A DNA stretch of 61,368 nt, filler included, from Sluysia triapertura (lineage: Eukaryota), in the NCBI GenBank assembly GCA_046118255.1. It is 5 parts of 5 records of this genome, joined end to end, with 100 filler letters (N's around TTAATTAATTAA, not from the genome) between each part and the next. Parts side by side here need not be neighbours in the genome. Positions count along the whole stretch, not along the records: positions 25,668 to 37,730 come from JBJNIA010142722.1; positions 37,831 to 50,015 come from JBJNIA010131071.1; 3 more parts are not named here. One strand, given 5' to 3'. Below, piece after piece: positions 26,966-39,343 of the stretch (positions are counted from its first letter, which is position 1; each line of letters begins with the position of its first letter). A model generated the notes under the pieces. It was given only the letters and a program-made list of their open reading frames with translations. It was not told the DNA's origin and made no database searches. The position numbers and the translations under genes are program-made.

Positions 26966-29328
26966 ACATAAGCAAATAATACCTGAACGTAATTTTTACA
27001 GAATAAAATTTAATTTCCAATGTCAAATTCTATAAATTTAGTAATAATTAATAATAATAAATTTTCTAAATTATAAAAATAGTATGTGTAATTTTAGCTG
27101 AATTTGAACAATAATTTTATGCACAAATTATATTGATTTAGTACAGTTTTATTGACAATTTTATCGGTGAACAATAATCTAATAATTTAATGGATATATT
27201 ATATTTATTTTGTTAAACTTTTATTCGTTATAAATAATTTTGTTGGCTGAATTTAAATATTTATTTAAATCACGGAATTGGAGCCATACATATTTTCGAG
27301 TATAAGTACTGCGGAGAAGATATAAAAATTTAGCTATAATAATTTCATTTAAGGTGACATTACCTTCAAATTAGAGAACTTTTCAATTACTGGGTTATTT
27401 ACAAGAAAAGAACAATTGATATCGCTTATCATCATAAAAAAAGGTTATTGTTTAATATCAGCCTATATTAAATATAAATTCATTAAAATTTTGTAAATTT
27501 TTAAACTTATTGACATTTACGATATTAATAATTACTTGCTTGAAAAATTTTTGTGTTCATTTGAATAATTTTCACAAAGCGAATAAGAGGGATTGGGAAA
27601 AGATCTGAGATGTTAAGATTGTAACTTACATTATTAGATTAAGCAGAGACGAGTATTCAACTCATTCTCTGAAATAAAAAGACATTTAATAAATTAAAAT
27701 CAATAAAATAAGATAAAGCCGAAACTAAAAGTGAAACTTCATCAAATAATTAGAATTTCCAATTTGATAAAGGCTAAACTTAGAGATATTTTAGAATTTA
27801 TAATACTTACAAAAGAAATAGAAATAGAGTTATCAATTTTCATATAAATATATAACGAAAAGTTATTAAAAGTGCCTCAGTTTGATGTTATTAAGAGTAA
27901 ATTTTAAAAGGAGTTAAAGACTAAATTTAAATTGATTAAAATGTGATTGTAAATCGAACCTTTTATAAATTTTTAGATTTCAATATAGAAGTATACTCAA
28001 ATAACAAAGGTATATCCGGTTCTATCAATTTGAAGAATATAAAAACGGCGCTAAAGCTAATTATGGTTCTTGATGTTGCACAATGTTTAAAATGGTTATC
28101 GATTTTATAAACAAGTAATGAACAGCCAGTATCTAAACTGGCTATCGATAATTATAGTTCCCGGTATTAATTTTCTTCTTTACAATTTATATCGAATGAA
28201 ACTGGGTACACTCTTCATTTGCTGGTAGAAAAGTAACCACATGAATAGCAGAACATGATTTTAATAAATATAAATTAAAAAACTAATTCTAGTAGACGAA
28301 TACAATGACTAAATAGCCATAACTAAAATATAGAAGAAATATATGTAGAAGAAATTGGCTATATTATTACAAAAATACAAATTAACCTTGTAGTGGAAAT
28401 TGCATAAATGATAAACTTAATTATAGAATAAAATTATTGTCGACAAAGAGTGATTTTTTAGTAACAAGGAAACCAAAAAATAAAAGAAAGTGGAAATTTA
28501 TGAATTAGACTCCAAGATATATTATTTAAAACAGTTATTTTGTTATTTAACATTAATAATGTATATATTTTTATAGATCAATAAATATTTATTTAGTTGG
28601 AATAATAATTAATAAATTTTGGAAACCTGAACACGACCAGTCGCTGCAATTCATTAACTGGTAAGTTCAATGTGTAAGATGATTAAATATATTTTTGAGT
28701 AAATTATGTAAGGCTCAGTTAGATTCGGTACGGGTATTTATAATGTGCTCTTCCATTCCTAACAACAAAGACAAGTTAGAAATTAACCACGATAAATTGA
28801 TAATATTTTAAAATTAAACATAATTCAAGTTATGTAGAATCAATTTCGAATGAATTATCTTTTTATTACAATATCATCACATGCAGTTAATATCAGAGAC
28901 CGAATTTATAATCATTATGGTGATCCAAAACATTCACATATCATTCCAATATCAAAAATATAAATTTAGTAAACAATATATAATAAATTCATATTCAATT
29001 GTCCATCACCTTATTCACCAATCACTCCCATTACTACTTTTACTGTTACGACTATCACTACTTAATATTATTTTTATTTTATTAACACCTTTATAATTCT
29101 TATTGTAATTTTTATTATCAATATTATTCATTTTCAATTTTAAATAATAATAGTAGCTAATCTACTCACTATTATTAATTTTATTTCCATCATCACTCTT
29201 TTCATTTCTACTCAATTCATATGTAAGCCAATGAATTTCATCTATTATTTCGTCATTCATTAACAGTTTCATGTTATTATCTTATAATAACTTTATTCAA
29301 ATCATTATATATAGCATACTTAAAAAGT

Positions 29329-29790
29329 TATGAGTGAGCTATGATGAAAGTGAAAAAAATGATCAAGAGCATATATAGGTAAAGCATTTAGTAGACAGCA
29401 ATAAATTACGTCGATATAAGATTTATAAATCTAATATTGTTTTATCTTTTAGTGACCAAGTTAATAAACTGTGCATGTGGACAAAGTATTATAAAACTTA
29501 TAGATCTAATGTCATTTTATCTTTTAGTAATTTAGTTGATCAACAATATCTGTGCACAAACAAAGCTGAAATTAGTCCAGCCTGGATAAATAGACAGATA
29601 TTTCTCAGTTTGATTTTTAAATTTTATGTTTATAAAATATAATATAAAGTTTTGTTTGTTTTTTAACAAATTATTTTGCAAGAATTAACTGATGAAGAGA
29701 AACACGTACCACAAAAGAGCGTTTCACTTTCAGGAGTAACGGAAAGAGACAAACCAAGAAGAAAGAGTTGTAAGAGAATTATTTGAGCCA
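29329..29790 (+). pseudogene. Small multi-exon gene remnant with a tandemly duplicated intron/exon unit
   Basis: GT..TTTTATCTTTTAG introns repeated twice (acceptors at about 29452 and 29527). Last piece reads ELTDEEKHVPQKSVSLSGVTERDKPRRKSCKRII. Early stop after the ATG. Confidence 0.3.
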
Positions 29791-30795
29791 TTCTTAAATA
29801 ACTATCATTAATAATACATTAATGAAAAAATGTACCACCACATCCAACGAAAGAAGTAATCAATTGGAACTAACTTTAAAAGTGCGCGCTTCTAAATTTC
29901 TCCGAAATATGGTTAAAATATACATTGAGAAATAATTAATGTAGTAACATAAACTGTCACTTTTAAACAATTTAAATATTAAAATCCTATAAGGGAACCC
30001 ACCAGTAGTTCACAGGCGGACATAATAATTATATTCTGTTTTGCGTATATCTAAGGTAGGACCACAAATTTTTCTTTTACGAGTATAATCCTTATAAATA
30101 AAGATTAAAAATTTAAAATGACCAAATGCACAAGGATAACAAATACAATTATAGGGAAAAACAAAACTTTCCTATTTAATCTGATGTATAAATTATTTTT
30201 ATATTTATAAATTTTGATTAACATAATTAATCGCATATTTTATTTGAATTGTTTTGAATTCTTATTAGCATCTTTATTATAAAATCATTTCGAGTATGAA
30301 AAATAATTAACTTAATTTATAAATAAATAGAAAAAAACATTTAAAAACTCACTAGAAACTGAATTATCCACCATTATTAATAATTAATTTTCTTTAAACA
30401 AATTTCATTTAAAATTAATTTTGGTTTTCGCCAATTTGATCATCATTGTTACATCATTATTATTCACAAAATCTGTGTACAACACTGGCAAAAATAAAAA
30501 TAGTAACTTGTTTTGATTGGATATAATTATATCACACACAAATTCAGATGTAACTAATTTAAAGTTTTCTTTCTGTTATTGTGTGTATGCAAAATTAATA
30601 TCGTGATTAATTTTTTACACACAAAAAAGTATTGATTTCATAATTATTGATAAATAATACTAAAAAATAAATTATCTTACGACATAAGTTTGAGTATCGT
30701 GACAGAAATTAAATGAATAAAAAGTGTGTTCCATAGAACACATTTAATTTTATTAATTATTAAAAATTATATAGACATTAATTTAATCAATTTCA

Positions 30796-31589
30796 TGAAT
30801 TCTAATGCTACTTTTTTAAAAAATGTAAAAATGCTAAGTAATAGCAATAATAACAGTCACGATACCTTAAAAACAGTATGTTCAAATCCAACAAATTTGC
30901 TTTCTAAACCTCAAGAATCTTTCAAAAAACGAATAATGTTTTTATTAAATAATATGTCTGATCAAAATATATCAGAATTAACTGAAGGAATGATAAATTC
31001 TTTTGGTTACAGCAATGAAAGATGGATTGCTAAAGTACTGGTATTTCGTTGCAAAATTGAATCCAATTTAATACCACTTTATACTAAATTTATAGCTGAA
31101 TTTTCGAAACATTCAAACACCATTAATGATGTAGTAGTTGAATTATTAAAGAAAGAAATTGATGCTATTCTCTGTGGCAAAACTATTGATATCAAACTTA
31201 TGAAACATTTGAAAAATATGGGCAATTTTCTGGGCCGTTTAACGATTGCTAAAAATATTCACATTTGTATTGATTTGAAAGATCTGTTGCGCGATTCTTA
31301 TCAAGATTTTAACGACAGTGTTGAATTTTTGTTGCCATTTGTGTGCAATGTTTTGAAAAGCATACGATATAGTGAATCAATAACCCGCACTCACCCGTGG
31401 GCTCAAGAAATATTGTCAGTTTTGCGCGAATTATACGACTTATCGAACAAAATGGCAATTCAATTCGAAATTGAATTATTATTTAATAACTTAGAGTGTT
31501 CCATTAATGATATTAAGCCTGCATTTTATTTGAGACATGATCCCAAGCGAATGCATCCATATAACAATCGTTTTAAAAGAGGACAATAA
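30796..31589 (+). CDS. CNOT1: Stand-alone CNOT1 CAF1/DDX6-binding MIF4G-domain protein (intronless, 264 aa from ATG 30796; alternative ATG 30831)
   Basis: Colinear with the CNOT1 middle domain: PQESFKKRIMFLLNNMS (PPENIQEKIAFIFNNLS), WIAKVLVFRCKIESNLIPLY ([21 protein letters not shown]), LKNMGNFLGRLTIAKN (LKNLGHWLGMITLAKN), LLPFVCNVL (VVPFVAKVL), HPWAQEILSVLRELY (NPWTMAIMNVLAELH), QFEIELLFNNL..INDIKP (KFEIEVLCKNL..INELKP). Stop at 31587-31589, AATAAA at 31620. Confidence 0.9.
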
Positions 31590-32039
31590 TCTAAAAATAT
31601 TTTGTTTGAAATTAGTATTAATAAAGGTTTTTAGAAAAATTTATATTTTATTAACAGCTAAGTTACGGAAGATTATTTATGGCTTGCACATAATAATTAA
31701 ATCAAATGTTAATATTTAAAAAGGGAATAAAATTAAGTATGGGAATTCAGCTACATTTTAAAATAATATCTATTTCATTTTAAAGTACATTTATGCAAAT
31801 AAATTTGTTTTAAAACATTAAAATATAATCAACCAATTAAAAGTATAAACGTATTTGCTGCATTTTACCAAATTTTTAATTTTAACTATAATTTTACCTA
31901 TTGTTTTTAATTTAATTTTATTTTTAAAATATAAAATGATTTTATTTGCATTTTACCTAAGAATTTTAATTTTCTACTTAAAGGTGTTATAAAAAGCAAC
32001 ATAGTTTTAACTTAATAATTCTGTTAATATTACCTTTAT

Positions 32040-32192
32040 GAATGTGTCGTGGTTTATATTCTTCATATCAATTGTTGTTAACGCACATATTGAAGAGGAA
32101 GATGATGAGGAACCAGTGTTTGAGCCTATAAATTCATACGACTCTAAAGAGATTTTTCAAGCTGCAATTGTGGTTAGAAATTTTCTAATTTA
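32040..32192 (+). mobile_element. Tigger/pogo transposase C-terminal remnant
   Basis: IVVNAHIEEEDDEEPVFEPI..SKEIFQAAIVVRNFL resembles the acidic C-terminus of CENP-B/Tigger proteins. Confidence 0.4.
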
Positions 32193-33999
32193 GTTTTTGA
32201 ATATTCAATATTTTATTAAAATTTAACACTTTTGTCATTTTTTACTTATTAATATCTAATTTATAAATAATTTTTATAAATCATGAAATGAAATTATGAT
32301 AATTCATGCATTCTAAATTTGTTTTATTTCTATAAGAGAACTGCATTGGACTTCTTAATTTTGAGTATAATTTATAAAAAAATGAACAATGCTTTTTAAA
32401 TTTGTAATTTCTTAAACGATATTTAATAAGTTCGCAAATGCATGCATTTGGTCTATGTATGCTTAAACTGAACAAAAAGTACAAAGTAAAGTGTAAATAT
32501 TTTACTTGGATATATTGTATTTTTGACATTTCAAGTTTCTTTGTACTAATTTCTAGGCGGAGATCTTAATAAATAAATATTTGTAAATTTGTTGTTTGCA
32601 ATTTAATTTTCTGTTAAGTTTTGATTGGATCATTTAAAATCATAAAATTATTTACTAACTAAACAGTTTAATTTATAATTTAGAGTTGCGGTGGATGACG
32701 CCTTAATTCAATGCCGGAGATCAAACAATTTATTTATTCAGATTGTCCACTTTTGTAAGTGTCACTATGTCTTATTAATTCTGTGATTTAACTATTGAAT
32801 ATTTATTGATTAAAACTTTACATTATTTTTGTAATTTTTACAAAAATGTATCTCACATATTGCTTAAATATTAGTACGATTTGTTTTTTTCAGTATTTAA
32901 ATAAATTTACACGGAATCATAAGATGATTTCTTTTCTATACATATACTTAATTTTAAGTAACATTAATGTTTTTCTGTTTATTTCAGTCATAACGTGAAT
33001 GTGAAGTTGATCTCTGGTGCTGACCCAGTTCTTTATTTGTTAAATGAATCCAAAAAATATGTTGCAGTAAGTCTACAATATTTATTACACAAATTTAACG
33101 TAAAATTAAAAATTTAACTTCGACAAAAGTAAAAATAATTTCACTTTTCATATTTCTTTAATTGCATTTGAGTCAAGTAAATGGATTAGAAATTTTATCG
33201 CTTATCGAATTAAAATTAATCGATAAGGCAAGGTAACTTTACAAATGGATTAATTCATGTAGACTATTTTGTAATGTTATAGTCCAGAGGTGCCCATAAT
33301 TAATTAAGGTTTTGCGAGCCAAATTTTATTCGATTAATGGAGTCTGAATGTTTTTTCTTATACTTCACTAACGCAAAATGTTATGAACGAGGGTTCGCCT
33401 ATAATGACTAATAACTTTACAGTAGGTATCCCTATACGATTTTTCTTAGAAATTTCAATGACATACTAAAGGGTGAAGAAAATTTCAATTTGTCAAATGC
33501 ACAACTTTTATGATTATATCCTAATGTTCAGTTTTATTCCTATTTTACAGTTAGTGCTAATTTCCTTTTTATTTAGCTTTCTTAAGCGATTACTTGCAAA
33601 AAATGCAAATTTAGTTCCTTAATGTAAAGGCAATAGAGGTAATTTCTCTGTGAAAGTGACTAAATAAAGGCTTTGTAAATATATATGTAAAGTTATTAGT
33701 TAATATTACATTACAATATGTTAAATTAGGAAAGTTTATTAATTTATTAATGAATTTAATAAATTTATTTTTAATCCATCTTGAAAAATTTTATTAAATC
33801 TAAAAAAACTAAATTCTATAACATATATTATCAAAAATTTTGAGTTAAATATTAAATTGCATGTATTTTGATACGTGCTGAGTCTGTTCGGTTGTGGAGT
33901 CCTGAAATATAAATGATAGGATAAAAGTCATTATCATAAATAAAGATAATTACAATTACTTTAAGAGAAAGTTTACTAACTAAGAGTTAGTGTTTTCGT

Positions 34000-35830
34000 G
34001 CTGGAAACGAAGTGCTTGAACTTGTTACAACAATAACTTGAACGTAATGACGTTAATAGATTGTGTACTCTTTGTTTTGCGTTCGTCTACTTCTCGTTTA
34101 CTGCAGTTCATTTGGTAGATGTTTTGGAGTTAATAGTTTAAAAATTAAGTTTTTTAAGTTTTTAAAATTATGGTATGTTGAATTGAAGCACATTAAGTTA
34201 TAGGAATTTAAATCACCTTTACAAAAATTATAAATATATAAAATATTGTTACAAATTGTCTGATAAAATTAAAATAACGGTTTCTTCCGGAATATTATTA
34301 CGTACGTAATAAATTAAACAATAACAAAAAATTTTATTACTAAAATTATAATGCATAAATTTTATGACAAAATTTATTGAAATATTAAAGTTCCTGTATT
34401 TTCGTACGTTTCCAGTAATTTCAAGTGCAGATTCTTTCGGTATTGTTTTGATCGTCTTTATACTGTAACTGACCTTGGAGATTGTTGGAATCCAATTTGT
34501 TGTGGAGATAACTGCTTTGTAAAGAAACCAATAATTCATCTTCTTTGTTTGGCAGGTAGTATGGACAAGACCTGCCGAATTTTATGCAAGTGCCGGAAAA
34601 AATTAAAAAAGTTCCATTAATTTTGATTCACCAGAATCATCCCTTGTATTCACATCTAACACAAATTGATTCTTCTATGAGTACACATTTTTTTACTCGA
34701 ATTCATTTCTAATTCAGGATGATTTCTAAAACGCCTGATTACACTGTACGACATACAAAAACTTGTATACTCTTCTAATACATCTTGGAAATATTTAAAC
34801 ATTTTTGTTGTAGGTGAATAATAGTAAGATTTAAGCATTTCATACTTAAGGATTTAATACTTGATTTAGCAGATTTAAGTGTTTCTGTATCATTAGGGAG
34901 AATTGTATCATTTAAGTTTTTATTCATATTGCTTATGGGACTTGCTGATAGATGTAAGTTATTGAAAATTGTACTACTATTTCTATGAAAAATGTTTGAA
35001 ATCATCATTGCATAATAAATTAGGTTAATTCGATATATATTATTCCCTCGGTATTTGGATTCAGAAGTCATGAGTTACAATTTATTAGCAAAAATAGCAT
35101 TTCTTTCATCGGTTGGAAAATATATTACTTTATCTAACTTTGATACCAAAAGATACTGATGTCCATTATGAAATTCCAAAACATCTACGCTTCGGTTCTC
35201 AAATTAGCTACCTTTATAAATGGATTACCTTTATGATTTGATAAACGAAGTAGGATTTCATCATTGACAACGTTATGTTTACATTCAGCATAGTAATTGT
35301 AGCACTTCATATTTTTGAATAAATCCATCTGGTTATCTTGATCTTCGTGATGTGCTTGATAGTTAATAATTTTATTTAAAAATGAGTCATTTTCAATTTC
35401 AAACATAAAATTAGTTTTAATCGCGTTCATGTACGATTTGATTTTCATTGTTTTAATCATTTACATTCTTATAATTGTTATTACATGAATAAGTCTTATC
35501 ACTACTGTTACTTACTAATTTTGTCAAAGAATTTGAGTAATAATTTTCTTTACTAACTAACCCGATATCATCTTGAATGTATTCATGGGTAGATGAATGA
35601 TGTTCAGTAACAGGCACAATTAAAATTCTTGATGAAAATGGTGCATTACAAGAAGTAGTAGTATAAATATAAGCACCAACATAGTTTAGATCATTACGAA
35701 AATAAACTATGCTGTTATTGAAATGATTATGAATTCGTGATTTTGATTCTTTTGGAATATATAACATTATTAATGTTTATATCGCGTTGAAACTAATTTT
35801 TACAATAATGGAATTCTTCAAAATTTTGTA
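34000..35830 (-). pseudogene. Decayed intronless ORF of about 600 codons, Cys- and N-glycosylation-site-rich (env/viral glycoprotein-like)
   Basis: ORFs 35453-35767, 35185-35460, 34775-35071, 34656-34838 and 34249-34539 chain by frameshifts. Several NxS/T sites (NNS, NSS, NDS, NDT, NFS, NIS) and scattered Cys. No splice pattern seen. Confidence 0.5.
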
Positions 35831-36387
35831 TTATAAAAAATTTTAACTCGCTACAATTGTAATTTTAAATTATTAATCTCTTGTTTTTTATTGTCTAAAA
35901 TTTTAAACTTTTTTAACTTGTTGAGACTAAATTACTAAACGTGTGTAATTAACAATTTTTTGTTGTGTAATATACCATATAATATCCATGTAATAAAAAA
36001 GATAACCTATAATAATTAAACTAACGAAAAAATTTTTGTAATAAAATTTTTATAATTTATAAATAAAATAAAAAATTAAAATAACAGCAATCCAACCAAA
36101 ATTGTAAACAATCAAATCCAAATTAAAATCAAATAGAAACAAAGTTGTAAATGATCCAAAGAAGTTATACCAAAATTATAAATTGTAAAATTAACTTTGA
36201 AGTATTATGTTAATATTCATTAATTTTTAAAACCTAAAATTCATTTAATTTAAATTTGTTTAAAATAAAAATTATTCCAAAGTAAAATTAAAATCATCAT
36301 TATGATTATAAAGCTTTGATCAATTTAATAGAGTTAGTATAAATTTAATAATGCAAGAGTTTTTCTTAACTCAGTCTTATAAAAAAA

Positions 36388-37155
36388 TTTATAGCGAGTC
36401 CCACTAACGTATCTAGTCTTACCTTTTAGGGCTAGCCGTTTGATTTATTGAAAGAATAATTTATAACTACTGGGGATTTTCTTAGTGTATTTTCTTGATT
36501 TCTTACTCTCGTTTAATTGCTTAAGATTTTTGAGTTATATAATTACCGAAATTCTTATAAACGATTTTAATTTGTAGTTTTATCCGGTTCAGAATTAAAT
36601 AGAACCGTATCAATCTTAACAAAATTCAAAGTCACAAATCACAGTTTAAACGTATTGAATAAAATTAGTGGTTAAATACAATAATAATAAAATAATAGAT
36701 ATAAAATGATATAAAAGTTATAGGATTTTCTATAAATGAAAATCTGTCGCAATAAGATTTTAGGAAGGATTTTGCTCTGCTATCGTTTTATTGGATAGAG
36801 AAAATATGTAATCATTTATGTATAGTTTACTTGACAAAATAAATGTTTGCCGAAAAAACTTTCTAAAAATTAAAATTTTCAGTATTATTATGCAAAAATA
36901 TTCTTCTATTGATCAAAAGATTCTGGATTCTTCAAAAGTAAAGTCGTGGTTGTAAAGTTTGTGTCCAATATCCGAAACCAAATTAAATAATCTTTTTTCA
37001 AAAGTACTAAAATTATTTTGTAGTTGAAAACAAAATTTAAAATCAAAATTATGTGAGATTAAAGTTTTTTAGGTTATGTATTTATACTGTGAGTTTCGAC
37101 CTTGAAGGTCGAAATTCAAACAAAATAAAAGAAAATAAAAATGTTTTTCGCATTT
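36388..37155 (+). other. Conserved structured non-coding element, copy B
   Basis: Hairpins at 36406-36440, 36469-36486 and 37091-37117 (TTTCGACCTT-G-AAGGTCGAAA). Long-range stem 36890-36902/37140-37153. TATAAA (36338) and TCAGT (36371) lie just upstream. Confidence 0.6.
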
Positions 37156-37730
37156 CAAAAAAAAGTAATAATTATTAAATAATAATTTAGATTATTAAAT
37201 AATTAAAACTTTTAAATAATGATAATTCTTTAAAAATTAAATAATTCCTTTAAATAATAAGAGAAAATTTAAATTAATTCTTAAAATTGATTAACGAAAT
37301 AGATTTATAAAATTAATCAATAAAATAGATTTATTCATAATCAATATTTTTACTATTTTCGGTGTGTGAGTTTTATTAACATTTAACAATATATCAATAA
37401 AGTTTGTAATCTATTATTTACAACATAAAAATATTTACAATAACAGTTAGTTTTAAATTAAAATAAAATAAGTAATCATTTTAAAATGAGATTCTATAAA
37501 GACAATATAACATTAAATTTTAAGAACTTAAAGATTATTCTAATATGAGAGTTAAAATTTTAATAAATTGAATAAAACAAATTTACAATTAAAAATTAAT
37601 AACATTATTCCTGATCAAAATTAACTTAAATTAAAGATTGAAAGAATAATGTTATGAATTTGTTTATAAATTATAAATGTTTAAATTTGATGTATCGAAT
37701 TTAAAAGCATTATAATCGAGAAAAAGCATA

Positions 37731-37830
37731 NNNNNNNNNNNNNNNNNNNNNNNNNNNNNNNNNNNNNNNNNNNNTTAATTAATTAANNNNNNNNNNNNNN
37801 NNNNNNNNNNNNNNNNNNNNNNNNNNNNNN
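37731..37830. other. Artificial contig linker
   Basis: N44-TTAATTAATTAA-N44. Confidence 0.97.
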
Positions 37831-37975
37831 TTTGGATTGATTATCGTTGGAATACAGAAGACATTTTTGGATTGATTATCGTTGGAATACAGAAGACATT
37901 TTTGGATTGATTATCGTTGGAATACAGAAGACATTTTTGATTAATAGTTGTTGGAATACAGAGGAAATTTTTGGA
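37831..37975. repeat. 35-bp tandem minisatellite, 3 perfect units plus 1 degenerate
   Basis: TTTGGATTGATTATCGTTGGAATACAGAAGACATT repeated head to tail. The array runs into the contig end. Confidence 0.95.
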
Positions 37976-38701
37976 TCAAGATTTTGGTTTTAAATACATA
38001 GTAAGCTATTTTTGTTAGGCTTAAAACAATTATTCAATTGTTTCAATTTTCCACTTAAAATTATTCAATTTTCACACTCAAGTATTAAACTTGAGTTAAA
38101 CTCAACATAAAATCTACTATAATAAAAATTAGAAAAAACATTCTAATTATTGAATTTTATTATCACTATTATTATAATTATTATTTACATTTTGTATACA
38201 CCGTATTTTTGTACTAATTGTTGTAGTCTTATATTTTAAATAAAACTTCATAGGATACGATACGTATCAAGTATTTGTTGTTACTTTATAAAAGAGAAGG
38301 GAACCATTTAGTTAATAAAACAAAAAATTTGTTGATAATTTATAGTAAATTGAAAAAAGACCCTCCATTTAAAGTTTAAGAATATCCTTCCGTAGTTTTA
38401 ATTCACAAACCAATAGCCAAGTCTTCTTTACGATTTAAATCTTGAGTTATTGGCGAACCCGGTAAGAATAACAAATTCATAATTGTTAAAATAAAGAAAA
38501 ATATTGAACAATATCATAAAATACATATTTTCAAATACATAATTTGTTTATTATAAATAAAAGATAATTTAAAATTTTAATGCATTATTTTCTGAATGAC
38601 AGTTTTTGGCTTATGGCCACTTTATTTACTTTTATTATAATTAATATAAAATTAGAACTATTTTTTAAAATTTCTTTAATAGCATTATTAGAAATTAATT
38701 A

Positions 38702-38788
38702 TAAAAATTTTAATTATAAACTTATGAAATATAAGTAATAAATCATTAAAAATTTTAATTATAAACTTATGAAATATAAGTAATAAAT
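38702..38788. repeat. Tandem duplication with a period of about 45 bp
   Basis: TAAAAATTTTAATTATAAACTTATGAAATATAAGTAATAAAT occurs twice. Confidence 0.9.
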
Positions 38789-39343
38789 TTATAAAATACA
38801 ATGATTTTCTGTAACATTTTAAATTTCAGTATACAAATTATTACGAAATTATTTTTTTTGAAAATTTAACCGAAATGTGAATAATTACTTGCAGTGTGAT
38901 CATTAAATTAAATAAATTTAACTAAGTTTATTTCAAGCTTTATTATAACGGAAAAATTTTAAATGATATACAGTTAAACTTAAAATACGAAAGATTTTTC
39001 TTATAGAATCAGATTTTTAATTATGCTATTTTAAATATGAACGATAACAAATTGTCAATTTGATTATAAATATTTAATATTAAAGTTTGTTTAAATTAAT
39101 TTTAATTAATGTACTTTTTGACTATTGCCACGCTTAATTTTTAAATGTTTCTTTTTAAAAATATATTTATCATAACTTTTGTTCAATATTTCTTTTTTAT
39201 CTGATAAAAGATTATTTTTAATTTATTTTGTTGATATTTCATTATATAGACGGTAAGAAACTTTTGATTGATAATTTTTGTTCCTGATATTGTATTACTT
39301 ATTTACTATATATTAAAAATATTGTTAACTTAAAACAAAAGTA

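Noticed and set aside
29689-29703. CTGATGA-AGA-GAAAC minimal hammerhead core
   Set aside because: No stem II or flanking stems. It reads as coding sequence (LTDEEKH).
36421-36445. TTAGGG in hairpin H1 as a telomeric repeat or pistol ribozyme loop
   Set aside because: Single unit only, with no downstream CCCTAA partner or pistol core.
37831-37975. 35-bp repeats resembling a CRISPR array
   Set aside because: Units are contiguous with no spacers, the context is eukaryotic, and there are no cas genes.
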